Assembly (NCBI RefSeq): GCF_900142125.1
Contig: NZ_FQZT01000012.1
Location: 27,965-51,964 of the forward strand
From: Malonomonas rubra DSM 5091
Lineage (GTDB): Bacteria; Desulfobacterota; Desulfuromonadia; Desulfuromonadales; Geopsychrobacteraceae
Reading direction: 5' to 3'
Length of the DNA: 24,000 bases
Shown: positions 8,846 through 16,830 of the stretch, piece by piece
Layout: the number at the start of each line of letters is the position of its first letter
Position numbering within the stretch: the stretch's first letter is position 1
Notes under the pieces: generated by a model
What the model saw: only the letters and a program-made list of their open reading frames with translations
Database searches by the model: none
Told to the model about the DNA's origin: nothing
Made by a program: the position numbers and the translations under genes

Positions 8846-9787
8846 ATGAAATGCGGCAGCGAGAAAAACAACGGCTGGGGAACGCCTCTGATATGGGCAT
8901 GCCTCCAAGCCCTCAAACACAGATACGGCAAAGGGTGCTACGCGACTTTAGCGACCCACAAAGCTCATTTAACTCATTTTGCGAAGTACCTGAAGGCCCA
9001 CAACATCAACGATATCATGCGGGTGTCTGTGGAGGTGTTGCTTGCCTACGCAACATGCGTGCAGGAAAAACACAGCAATAACTATGCAAGGAACCTGATT
9101 AGCAGTGCGAACATCATCGTTGAGTCTGTCCGCGGCGATCGCAAGGTCCGGCTCGACCCATCGGAGGTTCTGGCACGTCGACAATCTGCCCGCAAGGATG
9201 CACCAGCAGGGCTAAATCTTGATGATGTCAATCGGGCAGCAGAGAGCCTCACCGAGAACGGCTACCCGAGAATCGCCGTCCTCATTCTGCTGATCAGACA
9301 TTTCGGAATGCGGCTCAAGGAGGGCTGCCTTATTGATCTCCGTGTCGCGTTACGACAAGCTAAAAAGCACGGGAAGATCGATGTGCGTCGAGGGACAAAA
9401 GGCGGTAGAGGCCGAACAATCGAAAGGTGGGTGCCTGCCACGGAACAAGCAATTGAGGTGCTGGTTCAGGCTCAAGCCTTTAGCTCAAAAGAAACAGGAA
9501 GCCTTATTCCGTCTGATATGAGTTCGGTTGAGTTTATGCGGCTGGCGAAAAGGGTATGGCGAAAAGTTAGGAAGGAATTTGGTCTCAGCAAAATCCACGA
9601 TCTGCGTTCAGCGTTCGCCTGCGATCGATATAAACAACTGACTGGCCATGATGCCCCGGCATGCCATCGCGGGAATCTCTCCGCGACGAAAGAGCAAGAC
9701 CGAAAAGCTCGCGATGTCATCGTTAAGGAGATTGGGCATGGAAGCCGTGGGCGCATGGCACCTTATGTCGGGCGAGGTGCGCGATGA
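8846..9787 (+). CDS. Tyrosine recombinase / phage-integrase-family protein
   Basis: 313 aa. GGAG SD sits 8 nt before the ATG. The full catalytic set is visible in order: Arg in HFGMRLKEG, Lys in RGTKGGRGRTI, His-x-x-Arg in IHDLRSAFA, then GH and Tyr in EIGHGSRGRMAPYVG. Confidence 0.7.
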   Translation: MKCGSEKNNGWGTPLIWACLQALKHRYGKGCYATLATHKAHLTHFAKYLKAHNINDIMRVSVEVLLAYATCVQEKHSNNYARNLISSANIIVESVRGDRKVRLDPSEVLARRQSARKDAPAGLNLDDVNRAAESLTENGYPRIAVLILLIRHFGMRLKEGCLIDLRVALRQAKKHGKIDVRRGTKGGRGRTIERWVPATEQAIEVLVQAQAFSSKETGSLIPSDMSSVEFMRLAKRVWRKVRKEFGLSKIHDLRSAFACDRYKQLTGHDAPACHRGNLSATKEQDRKARDVIVKEIGHGSRGRMAPYVGRGAR

Positions 9788-10224
9788 GGTGGGAGATAGG
9801 CCCAACTAGGGCACAGCGTGAAGCCACAGACTTTATCAAAAGTCGGCTACAAGGCAGTAAGAAAGGCATTGGCCGACAGCTCAAAGAGTGTCTGCGTGTG
9901 ATCTCGGTTATCAATGGGAAATTCGGTGTCGGCATCTATAACCTGAAATGCAGCCATCTGCACTGGTATTTGTCCGTGTACGACAAGGACCATAGCCCCA
10001 AGACGCGAAATAACCACTGGTACGCCGTATTAAGAATTATCGAAGCCTTGGGCAAAGAGGCTGATTGGAAGCCAAGACTTTCCAGTGGCCCCTGGGTTCG
10101 AAAGAACGGTGATTACTCTAAGCCAATCGAAATACGGCGTCCGAGCAAAAAGGCCACGCCATCCTTCCGAGGTAGGAGGCAAACTACACCAACAGCCACT
10201 CACAAAAATCGAAAAAGGCGCTAA
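9784..10224 (+). CDS. Hypothetical protein (146 aa) with a basic C-terminal tail, translationally coupled to the tyrosine recombinase
   Basis: ATGA start/stop overlap with the upstream gene at 9784-9787. No motif recognised. The Lys/Arg-rich C-terminus is RRPSKKATPSFRGRRQTTPTATHKNRKRR. Confidence 0.5.
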   Translation: MRWEIGPTRAQREATDFIKSRLQGSKKGIGRQLKECLRVISVINGKFGVGIYNLKCSHLHWYLSVYDKDHSPKTRNNHWYAVLRIIEALGKEADWKPRLSSGPWVRKNGDYSKPIEIRRPSKKATPSFRGRRQTTPTATHKNRKRR

Positions 10225-10336
10225 ATGACGTTTTTTCGGAACTCATTTTTAAAATCAAGCTGTCAAACTGACACTGTAATTAAAAATTAAAACTACGGGT
10301 TCCCGACAAGACTTCGAAGTGGGCCAAGGAGCAGAC

Positions 10337-10519
10337 ATGTTTGATCGAGACAAGATAGCGACCCTCATAAATAAAAGAGTCAACCGGGTACTTCAATACG
10401 CTGAAGCATCATTACCACAAAGTCAATTCCGAGCATTTCGGAAGTTAGTACTCGATGAATTCGGCGACAACGGAATGGCTAAAGACTTAAACAAAATGGG
10501 ACGGAACGGGCAGGAATAG
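10337..10519 (+). CDS. Small hypothetical protein (60 aa from the ATG; the track lists a 66-aa GTG-start version from 10319)
   Basis: AAGGAG at 10326-10331 lies 5 nt upstream of the ATG at 10337. The sequence looks helical and no family is recognised. Confidence 0.4.
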   Translation: MFDRDKIATLINKRVNRVLQYAEASLPQSQFRAFRKLVLDEFGDNGMAKDLNKMGRNGQE

Positions 10520-10547
10520 ATTATGCGAAGAAGGAGGTGCGCCATGA

Positions 10548-10688
10548 GTGGATAGCGCAAGCCGCAACAGTGACCAATTGGCAAACGAATATTCCGAATG
10601 GCAAGACAAACCACTACCGGAAGAAATACGACTTATTCAGACACACTTAGCAGACATATTGGAAGATATGTTTCAAGAATCAAACTGA
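10548..10688 (+). CDS. Unlisted small acidic ORF (46 aa, GTG start): MDSASRNSDQLANEYSEWQDKPLPEEIRLIQTHLADILEDMFQESN
   Basis: Below the size cutoff of the ORF track. A perfect AAGGAGG at 10531-10537 lies 10 nt before the GTG at 10548. Its TGA (10686-10688) overlaps an ATG at 10688 that is in frame with the resolvase-like gene. The sequence reads like a real helical protein. Confidence 0.35.
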   Translation: MDSASRNSDQLANEYSEWQDKPLPEEIRLIQTHLADILEDMFQESN

Positions 10689-11137
10689 TGGAGAAGAAAA
10701 TGATTGTAGCCCTTTACGCTCATGCATCACCCGACAGGCAAAGGGAAAATGAACCCTTTGCATCTAACCAAATATCTCGAATGAGGGCCCTTTGCGAGGC
10801 ACAGGGTTTTTCTGTCGCTACTGAATATATTGAGACTGAAGACACTGACACAGAACATCACACCCCAATGTTTAAGAAAATGATTTCTGAGGCCACTGAA
10901 GAAACGGTTCCTTATGACGCCATAATAGTAAGCAGCTGTTCAGGACCGTTTCAGCATGAAGTCACATATGCCATCTACAAGCATCATTTGGGCAAACATG
11001 GTGTCGATCTTATCGATGTAGACCAGCGGAGCCTTGATGAAACCTTTTCCGTGAAGATATTGCGTCTCGTCCTTTCTTCTTATGAGGCCCCCCTTAAAAA
11101 CGACCACATTCTTAGAGATTGGGTGCTAGACAAATGA
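10688..11137 (+). CDS. Resolvase-domain-only serine-recombinase paralog, probably catalytically inactive
   Basis: The track lists 10598-11137, but alignment with the next gene starts at MIVALY (ATG 10700, GGAG 6 nt upstream; alternative ATG at 10688). MIVALYAHASPDRQ aligns with MIVALYARVSTTKQ, and IIVSSCSGPFQHE with IIVHSLSRFFRE. Ser10 is kept. Arg8 is replaced by His, and the two SR..R arginines by Gly and Gln. It has no recombinase or zinc-ribbon domain. ATGA overlap with the next gene at 11134-11137. Confidence 0.7.
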   Translation: MEKKMIVALYAHASPDRQRENEPFASNQISRMRALCEAQGFSVATEYIETEDTDTEHHTPMFKKMISEATEETVPYDAIIVSSCSGPFQHEVTYAIYKHHLGKHGVDLIDVDQRSLDETFSVKILRLVLSSYEAPLKNDHILRDWVLDK

Positions 11138-12750
11138 TAGTTGCACTATACGCTCGCGTATCAACTACAAAGCAGGCCGAAAAGGATCTTTCGATCCCTG
11201 ATCAACTGGGCCAGATGAGGGATTGGTGCAAGTGGCAGGGCCATTCCATCGCTGCTGAGTACAATGAACCCGGAGCTTCTGCAACTGATGACCGTCGGCC
11301 AGTATTTCAACAGATGATAGCCGATGCTTGTGTAAATCCAGCACCCTTTAGCGCAATTATTGTCCATAGCCTGTCACGCTTTTTTCGTGAAGCCATCGAA
11401 TTCGGTATCTATGAAAAGAAGTTGGCCAAACAAGGAATCAGTATTGTCTCAATCACTCAACCGACCAACGATGACATCACTGGAGACCTGATCCGAAGGG
11501 TTATTAATGTCTTTGACGAATATCAAAGCAAAGAGAACGGAAAACACACTCTGAGAGGTATGCAAGAGAATGCTCGCCAAGGCTTTTTCAATGGAGCGAG
11601 ACCACCTTATGGCTATCGTGCAGTCGAAACTGAGCTTCCTGGTAAAAACGGTAAAAAGAAAAAGCTGAAGATTGACGAAAGAGAAGGGCCAACTGTCAAA
11701 AAAATCTTCGACCTTTATTTGAACGGCCACAGAGGGAAAACTCTGGGCGCCTACGGAATCTCCTGTCATCTGAACACGCTGGGAGAAACCCATCGAAGCA
11801 AAGAATGGAGTAGTGCGACCATCCTCTATATACTTAAAAACACTGCCTACATAGGCGAGTACTATTTCAATAAATTTGACTCCAAAAACAGAAAACCCAA
11901 ACCGAAAGAGCAGTGGATTTTGATTCCTGTTCCCTTGCTTATCGATAAAGAAGATTTTGAACGCGTGCAAAACCTTATCAAGGAAAGGGATCCACAGAAA
12001 ACTCCTGCACGCGTCACCAATTCGCCAACCCTGTTAACCGGTCTTCTCAAGTGCTCTTGTGGTGCGAGAATGACACTGGCAACTGGGAAAGGCGGCAAAT
12101 ACCGCTACTACAAATGCACAACGCGGATCAATCGAAACAAGCAAGCCTGCGACAGCTCAAGCATACCGGTCGAGACTTTGGACAGGCTCATCCTTGATGC
12201 AATCTCTGATAAAGTTTTCACTCCTCAAAGGGTCGCTGCAATGCTGAGAATGCTTCAAGAGCAGGTCAAGAATTCGCGCTCAAAGCATGATGGCGAACTA
12301 CTCTCCCTCAAAAAGGAACTTGCCCAAGTAGAGCAATCTCTCAGCCGACTCTACGAAGCGATCGAAAATGGCCTTGTCGCTCTCGATGAGACACTAAAAC
12401 AACGTACACAGAACAACCAGTACAAACGTCAAGAGATTCTGACCGAAATAGCCCGAGTAAAAAAGGAAAGCGAATCAGATTTCGATCAACTCGGACCAGA
12501 AAATGTTTTGCTCTTCTGCAATGCACTGAAGGCGAAGCTACATGACAGCTCGTCAAATTTCGGCAAAAATTATCTTAAATTGCTGATCGAAGATATCACT
12601 GTAGACGGAAAAGAAGTTCGTATCACAGGGAGCTATGCTGCTCTGGCGGGCGCACTGGAAAAAACAAAGGCGGGCGACTCGTCACGAGTGCCCACCTTTG
12701 GTGTGGTATGGCTCCCTTTGCTGGGCTCGAACCAGCGACAATCTGATTAA
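11134..12750 (+). CDS. Large serine recombinase (resolvase domain + recombinase domain + zinc ribbon + coiled coil)
   Basis: The track ORF 11119-12750 uses a TTG start; the likely start is ATG 11134 (MIVALYARVSTTKQ). Visible elements are the catalytic R8/S10, SRFFRE, GARPPYGY, the zinc ribbon CSCGARMTLATGKGGKYRYYKCTTRINRNKQAC, and a coiled coil ELLSLKKELAQVEQSLSRLYEAIENG. The last 42 nt overlap tRNA-Asn on the opposite strand. Confidence 0.9.
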   Translation: MIVALYARVSTTKQAEKDLSIPDQLGQMRDWCKWQGHSIAAEYNEPGASATDDRRPVFQQMIADACVNPAPFSAIIVHSLSRFFREAIEFGIYEKKLAKQGISIVSITQPTNDDITGDLIRRVINVFDEYQSKENGKHTLRGMQENARQGFFNGARPPYGYRAVETELPGKNGKKKKLKIDEREGPTVKKIFDLYLNGHRGKTLGAYGISCHLNTLGETHRSKEWSSATILYILKNTAYIGEYYFNKFDSKNRKPKPKEQWILIPVPLLIDKEDFERVQNLIKERDPQKTPARVTNSPTLLTGLLKCSCGARMTLATGKGGKYRYYKCTTRINRNKQACDSSSIPVETLDRLILDAISDKVFTPQRVAAMLRMLQEQVKNSRSKHDGELLSLKKELAQVEQSLSRLYEAIENGLVALDETLKQRTQNNQYKRQEILTEIARVKKESESDFDQLGPENVLLFCNALKAKLHDSSSNFGKNYLKLLIEDITVDGKEVRITGSYAALAGALEKTKAGDSSRVPTFGVVWLPLLGSNQRQSD

Positions 12751-12784
12751 CAGTCAGATGCTCTACCAACTGAGCTAAAAGGGA
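12709..12784 (-). tRNA. tRNA-Asn (anticodon GTT), CCA encoded
   Basis: The minus-strand sequence is TCCCTTTTAGCTCAGTTGGTAGAGCATCTGACTGTTAATCAGATTGTCGCTGGTTCGAGCCCAGCAAAGGGAGCCA. It folds by hand into a clean cloverleaf:
- 7-bp acceptor stem TCCCTTT/AAAGGGA.
- D arm GCTC/GAGC.
- Anticodon stem TCTGA/TCAGA with loop CTGTTAA.
- T arm GCTGG-TTCGAGC-CCAGC.
- Discriminator G followed by CCA. Confidence 0.93.
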
Positions 12785-12804
12785 ATAGCGTGTTGCGGAG
12801 ATGG

Positions 12805-12833
12805 AATATAGGAGATTGACTCTCCGCTGTCAA
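12805..12833 (-). promoter_or_regulatory. Sigma70-type promoter for tRNA-Asn
   Basis: On the minus strand, TTGACA (12833-12828) is followed by a 17-nt spacer and TATATT (12810-12805). The -10 element ends about 20 nt before the mature tRNA 5' end. Confidence 0.6.
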
Positions 12834-12839
12834 GTTTTT

Positions 12840-13427
12840 TTAACCGCCTTTTTTCAGGTCGTTCAAAACCAGCTTGGCGACGGCTTTCAGGGTCTCGAAA
12901 ACCCCCTCTCCGGTGGTCGCGCAGGCTTCCAGTTCTGGAACCTTGCGCTCATTGAGAAGGTTACTCAGTTCTTCGACCGATGTCACATCCGGCAGGTCGC
13001 GCTTGTTGTACTGAATGACGAAAGGAATTTTCTCGATATCGAAGCCTTGCTCCTCAAGGTTATCCTTGAGGTTCTCCAGGCTTTCTATGTTGGCGTCGAG
13101 ACGGGCATCCTGTGAATCGGCAACGAAAACGACGCCGTCGACTCCTTTCAGGATCAATTTCCGGGAGGCATCGTAAAACACCTGTCCCGGTACCGTGTAG
13201 AGATGGAAACGGGTTTTGAAACCACGAATTTCGCCAAGGGCCAGGGGCAGGAAGTCGAAGAACAGGGTTCGCTCGGTTTCCGTTGCCAGCGAGATCATCT
13301 TGCCTTTGGCGTCGTTGGCAGTCTTGTTATAGATATACTGCAGATTGGTAGTCTTGCCGCAGAGGCCAGGACCGTAATAGACAATCTTACAGTTGATTTC
13401 GCGTGATGCGTAATTGATAAATGACAT
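12840..13427 (-). CDS. mglA: Ras-like GTPase MglA (polarity/motility regulator)
   Basis: 195 aa, near-identical in pattern to Myxococcus MglA. Matching segments are [82 protein letters not shown] and [15 protein letters not shown]. Confidence 0.95.
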   Translation of the reverse strand: MSFINYASREINCKIVYYGPGLCGKTTNLQYIYNKTANDAKGKMISLATETERTLFFDFLPLALGEIRGFKTRFHLYTVPGQVFYDASRKLILKGVDGVVFVADSQDARLDANIESLENLKDNLEEQGFDIEKIPFVIQYNKRDLPDVTSVEELSNLLNERKVPELEACATTGEGVFETLKAVAKLVLNDLKKGG

Positions 13428-13440
13428 CCTGCAGCCTTAA

Positions 13441-13944
13441 TCAGTTAAAAAGATTGTCGATATCGTCGTCGGTAATTTCGGCGAATGGGCTATCACCACC
13501 AGCTCCGGCCGACGCTGTTTCCACTTCCGCCCTCTTCGACAGGTCATCGAAGACAACCGCCAGATCGCTGCTGGCTTTCTTCACCCGCAAGCGAACCAAA
13601 CCAAGAGAACTGCGCTGATCGAAAATCACCACAAGAATGACACGACCACCGACTATTGAAATGTGGATGTTATCCTTTTCCCCCTCGTGGAACAGGATGG
13701 AAAATTCCTTTTCGCCGATCAGCTTGGCCAAGCCTCCGGTCGCGGCAATATTGCCTGCCGTCAGAGACGCCAAACTGGTGGTGTCAAGGTTTTCGGTTTC
13801 GCCGGTCGCTGCGATCATCTGCCCATTTTTATCGACCAGGAAAATAACCTTGGAATTGGATTCGCGCAGCAGTTTTTCCAATAGCACGAGAATTCGCTGG
13901 TATTCCTCGTCGTACATCACCAGAGAGGACTGAGGTCCAAGCAT
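13441..13944 (-). CDS. mglB: MglB, roadblock/LC7-domain GTPase-activating partner of MglA
   Basis: 167 aa, immediately upstream of mglA on the same strand. The roadblock/LC7-like core is VIFLVDKNGQMIAATGE...SLASLTAGNIAATGGLAKL, followed by an acidic C-terminal tail. Confidence 0.88.
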   Translation of the reverse strand: MLGPQSSLVMYDEEYQRILVLLEKLLRESNSKVIFLVDKNGQMIAATGETENLDTTSLASLTAGNIAATGGLAKLIGEKEFSILFHEGEKDNIHISIVGGRVILVVIFDQRSSLGLVRLRVKKASSDLAVVFDDLSKRAEVETASAGAGGDSPFAEITDDDIDNLFN

Positions 13945-14161
13945 GAAAAGGCTCCTTGCTGTAGTTGATTAGCACTGTCCTGTATATCATTTAAAAAGTC
14001 TCATTTCAACCTGTTTGCGCAGTTTTTTAAAAAAATATTAATCACAATAGGATCGCTTCCAGCCCGCTCATAACGGCAATCTGCAGGTTGACTTGGCAGC
14101 AGAAATCCTCTAATTTCCAAGTATAATTTTCACCTGTTTTGCAGCATGAAAAGGAACGCTC

Positions 14162-15250
14162 TTGTCACAGATGCTGGAACTCCCGGTCGGCCTCAGGCGC
14201 TGGCCGAGCGAACGATTCGCCGCCACGCGGCAAAAAGAGGGATTTGAAATCTCCCTGCTGGAAGGCTGCGACAACGCCTACCGCTTTACTGCCACGATTA
14301 ACGCCGATAAAGTTGCGACCATCTTCCGCAACTTCAGCCGTTTTTTCGATGAAGAAGCTTTCTTTATTCTCGAGCATTACCCCGAAGTGGCTTTACCATC
14401 ACGCCCCAGCAGCACCCTTGAGCGCCCAATTCCACTTGTGCACTACTCGCCTTACCTGCCGACCGACGAAATCCTGCAAACGATAGAACCCTACATGCAG
14501 CGGATGATCCACGATGGTTTTGTCGGTTTCGGCCTGGCCAATAACCGCAAAGGGCTGGAGCTCTTCTTTTCAGAAGAGAAGGTGATGACCTTCTTTACCG
14601 ACAACCACCTGCGACTATCCGATTTTCTCCAGCGCCACCAGGTTCCACACTGTCAGAAGCTGACTTTGCCAGCCGATTTCGGCCACGACCATCTCTCGCT
14701 GCTCGGTTTCCCGCGTGAGAGCCTGCCGGCAGAACTACACGGTTTCAGTGACAGTGAACTTGATTCTAACATCTTCTGCGAAGAGCTGATCGACCAGCTG
14801 GATATGTATCAGGTTGAAGAGGGCCTCTCTTTTTTCCTGACCCGTAAAGAGCAGGAACAGATCGCTGAACTGATGGAGGCCGAGGTCAAAGACGAAGCCC
14901 TGGCCGAGATCGATTTCGGCAGCCTGCTGCTCGACTGGAGCGACTTCGTCAATGAGTGCGAAACCGGCTTTGAAGGCGACCTCTGGGAATATCGGCAGGG
15001 GCTGAAAATTCGCGATATCATCCAACTGGTGATTGAAGTTGCACCGTCAACACTGGCGGATAAAATCAATTCGATCGTCAAGGAACCGGATCAGATGTTC
15101 CTGAACACTTTGACAGATCTTCGCAAACGGCTCGACCCGCCGAGCGAACCACAACTGCAGCAGGAACGCTTCTGGTATCAGGGAATGGTGCGGAAACAGG
15201 GAATCGACCTGCGCCGCGACCTGATCCGCCAGGGCTGGTTCCAGCGCTGA
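14162..15250 (+). CDS. Hypothetical protein (362 aa), no recognised family
   Basis: Long ORF with protein-like composition, divergent from mglBA. TTG start at 14162 with AAGGA 6 nt upstream; alternative ATG at 14171. Confidence 0.65.
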   Translation: MSQMLELPVGLRRWPSERFAATRQKEGFEISLLEGCDNAYRFTATINADKVATIFRNFSRFFDEEAFFILEHYPEVALPSRPSSTLERPIPLVHYSPYLPTDEILQTIEPYMQRMIHDGFVGFGLANNRKGLELFFSEEKVMTFFTDNHLRLSDFLQRHQVPHCQKLTLPADFGHDHLSLLGFPRESLPAELHGFSDSELDSNIFCEELIDQLDMYQVEEGLSFFLTRKEQEQIAELMEAEVKDEALAEIDFGSLLLDWSDFVNECETGFEGDLWEYRQGLKIRDIIQLVIEVAPSTLADKINSIVKEPDQMFLNTLTDLRKRLDPPSEPQLQQERFWYQGMVRKQGIDLRRDLIRQGWFQR

Positions 15251-15257
15251 TACTGTC

Positions 15258-15989
15258 ATGCTGATCATCATCGCCGCCGTCCCCCTGGAAACCAACCTGT
15301 TGCGCCAGGAATTGAAAGATTCACGCACCGAGCAACTCGGGTCCTGTTGCATTGAAATCGGTACAATCTACGACCAGGACGTCTTGATCGCCCACAGCGG
15401 TGTCGGTCAAACGGCCATGAGTCTGCAGTTGACCCGACTCCTCGAACGCTACCCCGCAAAAGCTGTCCTTCTTTGTGGCTGTGGCGGCAGCTATCCCGAC
15501 AGCACCTTGCGGAACGGCGAACTCGCCATTGCAACAGCCGAATTTTTCGGTGATCTCGGCGTCTCCTGCGAGGAGGATTTTATTCATCTGAGCGAACTCG
15601 AGATCCCCCAAAACCCGGAGCTGGAACTGATCGTACAGAGAAGCTATCTGCTGCCCTCCCCGCTCGTGGAGCATGCGAGAAAAACCCTGCCGCAAGCTCT
15701 CTGCGGCACCTTCGTCACTGTCAACAGCTGCAGTGGCTGCGCGGCACTGAGCAACGAATTACAGCAACGCTCCGGCGGCATCTGTGAAAACATGGAGGGG
15801 GCAGCGGCGGCGCAGGTCTGCGCCGAATACAACCTCCCCCTGCTTGAATTGCGCGGCATTTCCAACCCGACGGGCTCTCGCGATCCCCAGCAATGGAACA
15901 TCCCGCTGGGAGCCGAAGCGGCCCAGCAGGGCCTGTTGGAAATCTTGCGGCACTGGCCAGAAAAACAGGAAGAATCATGCAACAGTTAA
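15258..15989 (+). CDS. mqnB: Futalosine hydrolase-like nucleosidase (PNP/MTAN fold)
   Basis: 243 aa. Nucleosidase-family motifs are AHSGVGQTAM, ENMEGAAAAQV and LRGISNPTG. It overlaps, and is co-oriented with, the mqnD-like gene. Confidence 0.7.
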   Translation: MLIIIAAVPLETNLLRQELKDSRTEQLGSCCIEIGTIYDQDVLIAHSGVGQTAMSLQLTRLLERYPAKAVLLCGCGGSYPDSTLRNGELAIATAEFFGDLGVSCEEDFIHLSELEIPQNPELELIVQRSYLLPSPLVEHARKTLPQALCGTFVTVNSCSGCAALSNELQQRSGGICENMEGAAAAQVCAEYNLPLLELRGISNPTGSRDPQQWNIPLGAEAAQQGLLEILRHWPEKQEESCNS

Positions 15990-16810
15990 GCCTCGGCTAC
16001 TCCCCCTGCCCGAACGACACTTTCATCTTTTACGGTTTGATTCACGGCAAGGTCGCCTGCCCGGACACCACTTTTGAAGAGCGGCTGGAAGATGTTGAAA
16101 CCCTCAACAAACTGGCGCTGCAGGGTGAACTCGATCTGACGAAAATTTCCTATCACGCCCTCGGTCACCTGCGCGATGAATACTCCCTGCTGCGCAGTGG
16201 TGGAGCGTTGGGGCGAGGTTGCGGGCCACTGGTCATTGCGCCGCGGGAAACCAACATGGCGCAATTGCGCGGTAAAAAGATAGCCATCCCTGGTACGCTG
16301 ACAACCGCCAACCTGCTGCTGCAGCTTTACGGTACCGGTTATGAGGACCTGCTGGTTCTGCCGTTTCATGAAATCATGCCGGCGCTGCTGGCCGGAAAGG
16401 CCGATGCCGGGGTGATCATCCACGAATCGCGCTTCACTTACCAGCTGCATGGGCTGAAGCAGGTGCTCGACCTGGGACAATGGTGGGAAGAGGACAGCGG
16501 CTGCCCGATTCCTCTCGGCGGAATTCTGGCAAAACGTTCCCTCGGAGCGGAAAAAATCAAACAGATCGACACCGCCCTGCGAGCCAGCGTCAAATACGCC
16601 TTTGCCACCCCACACGAGCCTGAGGCCTACATAAAGCAACATGCCCAGGAGCTGGCAGACGATGTCATCCGCAGCCACATCGAACTTTACGTCAACGATT
16701 TTTCCATCGACCTCGGAGCCGAAGGTATCAAGGCCATCGAAACCCTTTTCCAGCGGGCAGAAGAGCGCGGTATCATTCCAAAAAGCGAAAAATCTCTTTT
16801 CGCTGAATAA
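15977..16810 (+). CDS. mqnD: 1,4-dihydroxy-6-naphthoate synthase (futalosine menaquinone pathway)
   Basis: The track ORF starts at 15893. The likely true start is ATG 15977, giving MQQLSLGYSPCPNDTFIFYGLIHGKV, the hallmark MqnD N-terminus (SPCPNDTF). Confidence 0.8.
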   Translation: MQQLSLGYSPCPNDTFIFYGLIHGKVACPDTTFEERLEDVETLNKLALQGELDLTKISYHALGHLRDEYSLLRSGGALGRGCGPLVIAPRETNMAQLRGKKIAIPGTLTTANLLLQLYGTGYEDLLVLPFHEIMPALLAGKADAGVIIHESRFTYQLHGLKQVLDLGQWWEEDSGCPIPLGGILAKRSLGAEKIKQIDTALRASVKYAFATPHEPEAYIKQHAQELADDVIRSHIELYVNDFSIDLGAEGIKAIETLFQRAEERGIIPKSEKSLFAE

Positions 16811-16830
16811 AAATTCAACAATCCAGAAAT

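Larger units (their letters stand above)
1..12750. mobile_element. Putative tRNA-Asn-associated genomic island; right junction in or next to the tRNA 3' half, left end beyond the window start
   Basis: Recombinase genes directly abut the 3' end of tRNA-Asn. The cargo is defence-type (type I R-M, SIR2). Several genes look visibly more AT-rich than the flanking core, but this was not computed. I found no second copy of the tRNA 3' half in the window by eye, so the other boundary is not visible. Confidence 0.5.

Noticed and set aside
8690-8920. Two minus-strand ORFs of 63-76 aa overlapping the start of the tyrosine recombinase gene
   Set aside because: They run antisense across the SD and start codon of a gene with clear catalytic motifs, have no SD of their own, and have implausible composition.
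10544-10555. Three-codon mini-ORF (ATG AGT GGA TAG) 6 nt after the perfect AAGGAGG
   Set aside because: It is too short to evaluate. The same SD can serve the GTG at 10548, which opens a 46-codon frame with protein-like sequence. A leader-peptide role cannot be excluded.
10598-10699. The track's ATG 10598 start for the resolvase-like gene, giving a 34-aa N-terminal extension
   Set aside because: The paralogous large recombinase begins exactly at MIVALY. A GGAG lies 6 nt before the ATG at 10700. The extension overlaps a better-supported small ORF in another frame (10548-10688).
1-12708. Search for a second copy of the tRNA-Asn 3' half, the direct repeat that would mark the other island end
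   Set aside because: I saw no match to GCTGGGCTCGAACC or flanking tRNA sequence by eye anywhere left of the tRNA. The left boundary is therefore presumed outside the window, but a computational search is needed.
1949-12750. Idea that the nearby recombinases drive a phase-variable hsdS shufflon
   Set aside because: I could find no second hsdS copy, silent TRD cassette or inverted repeat flanking hsdS in the window. The recombinases are 5 kb away, beyond hsdM and hsdR.
15977-15989. 13-nt overlap of mqnB and mqnD as something unusual
   Set aside because: Short overlaps between consecutive pathway genes are routine operon architecture. The longer overlap in the track (from 15893) comes from choosing an upstream ATG.
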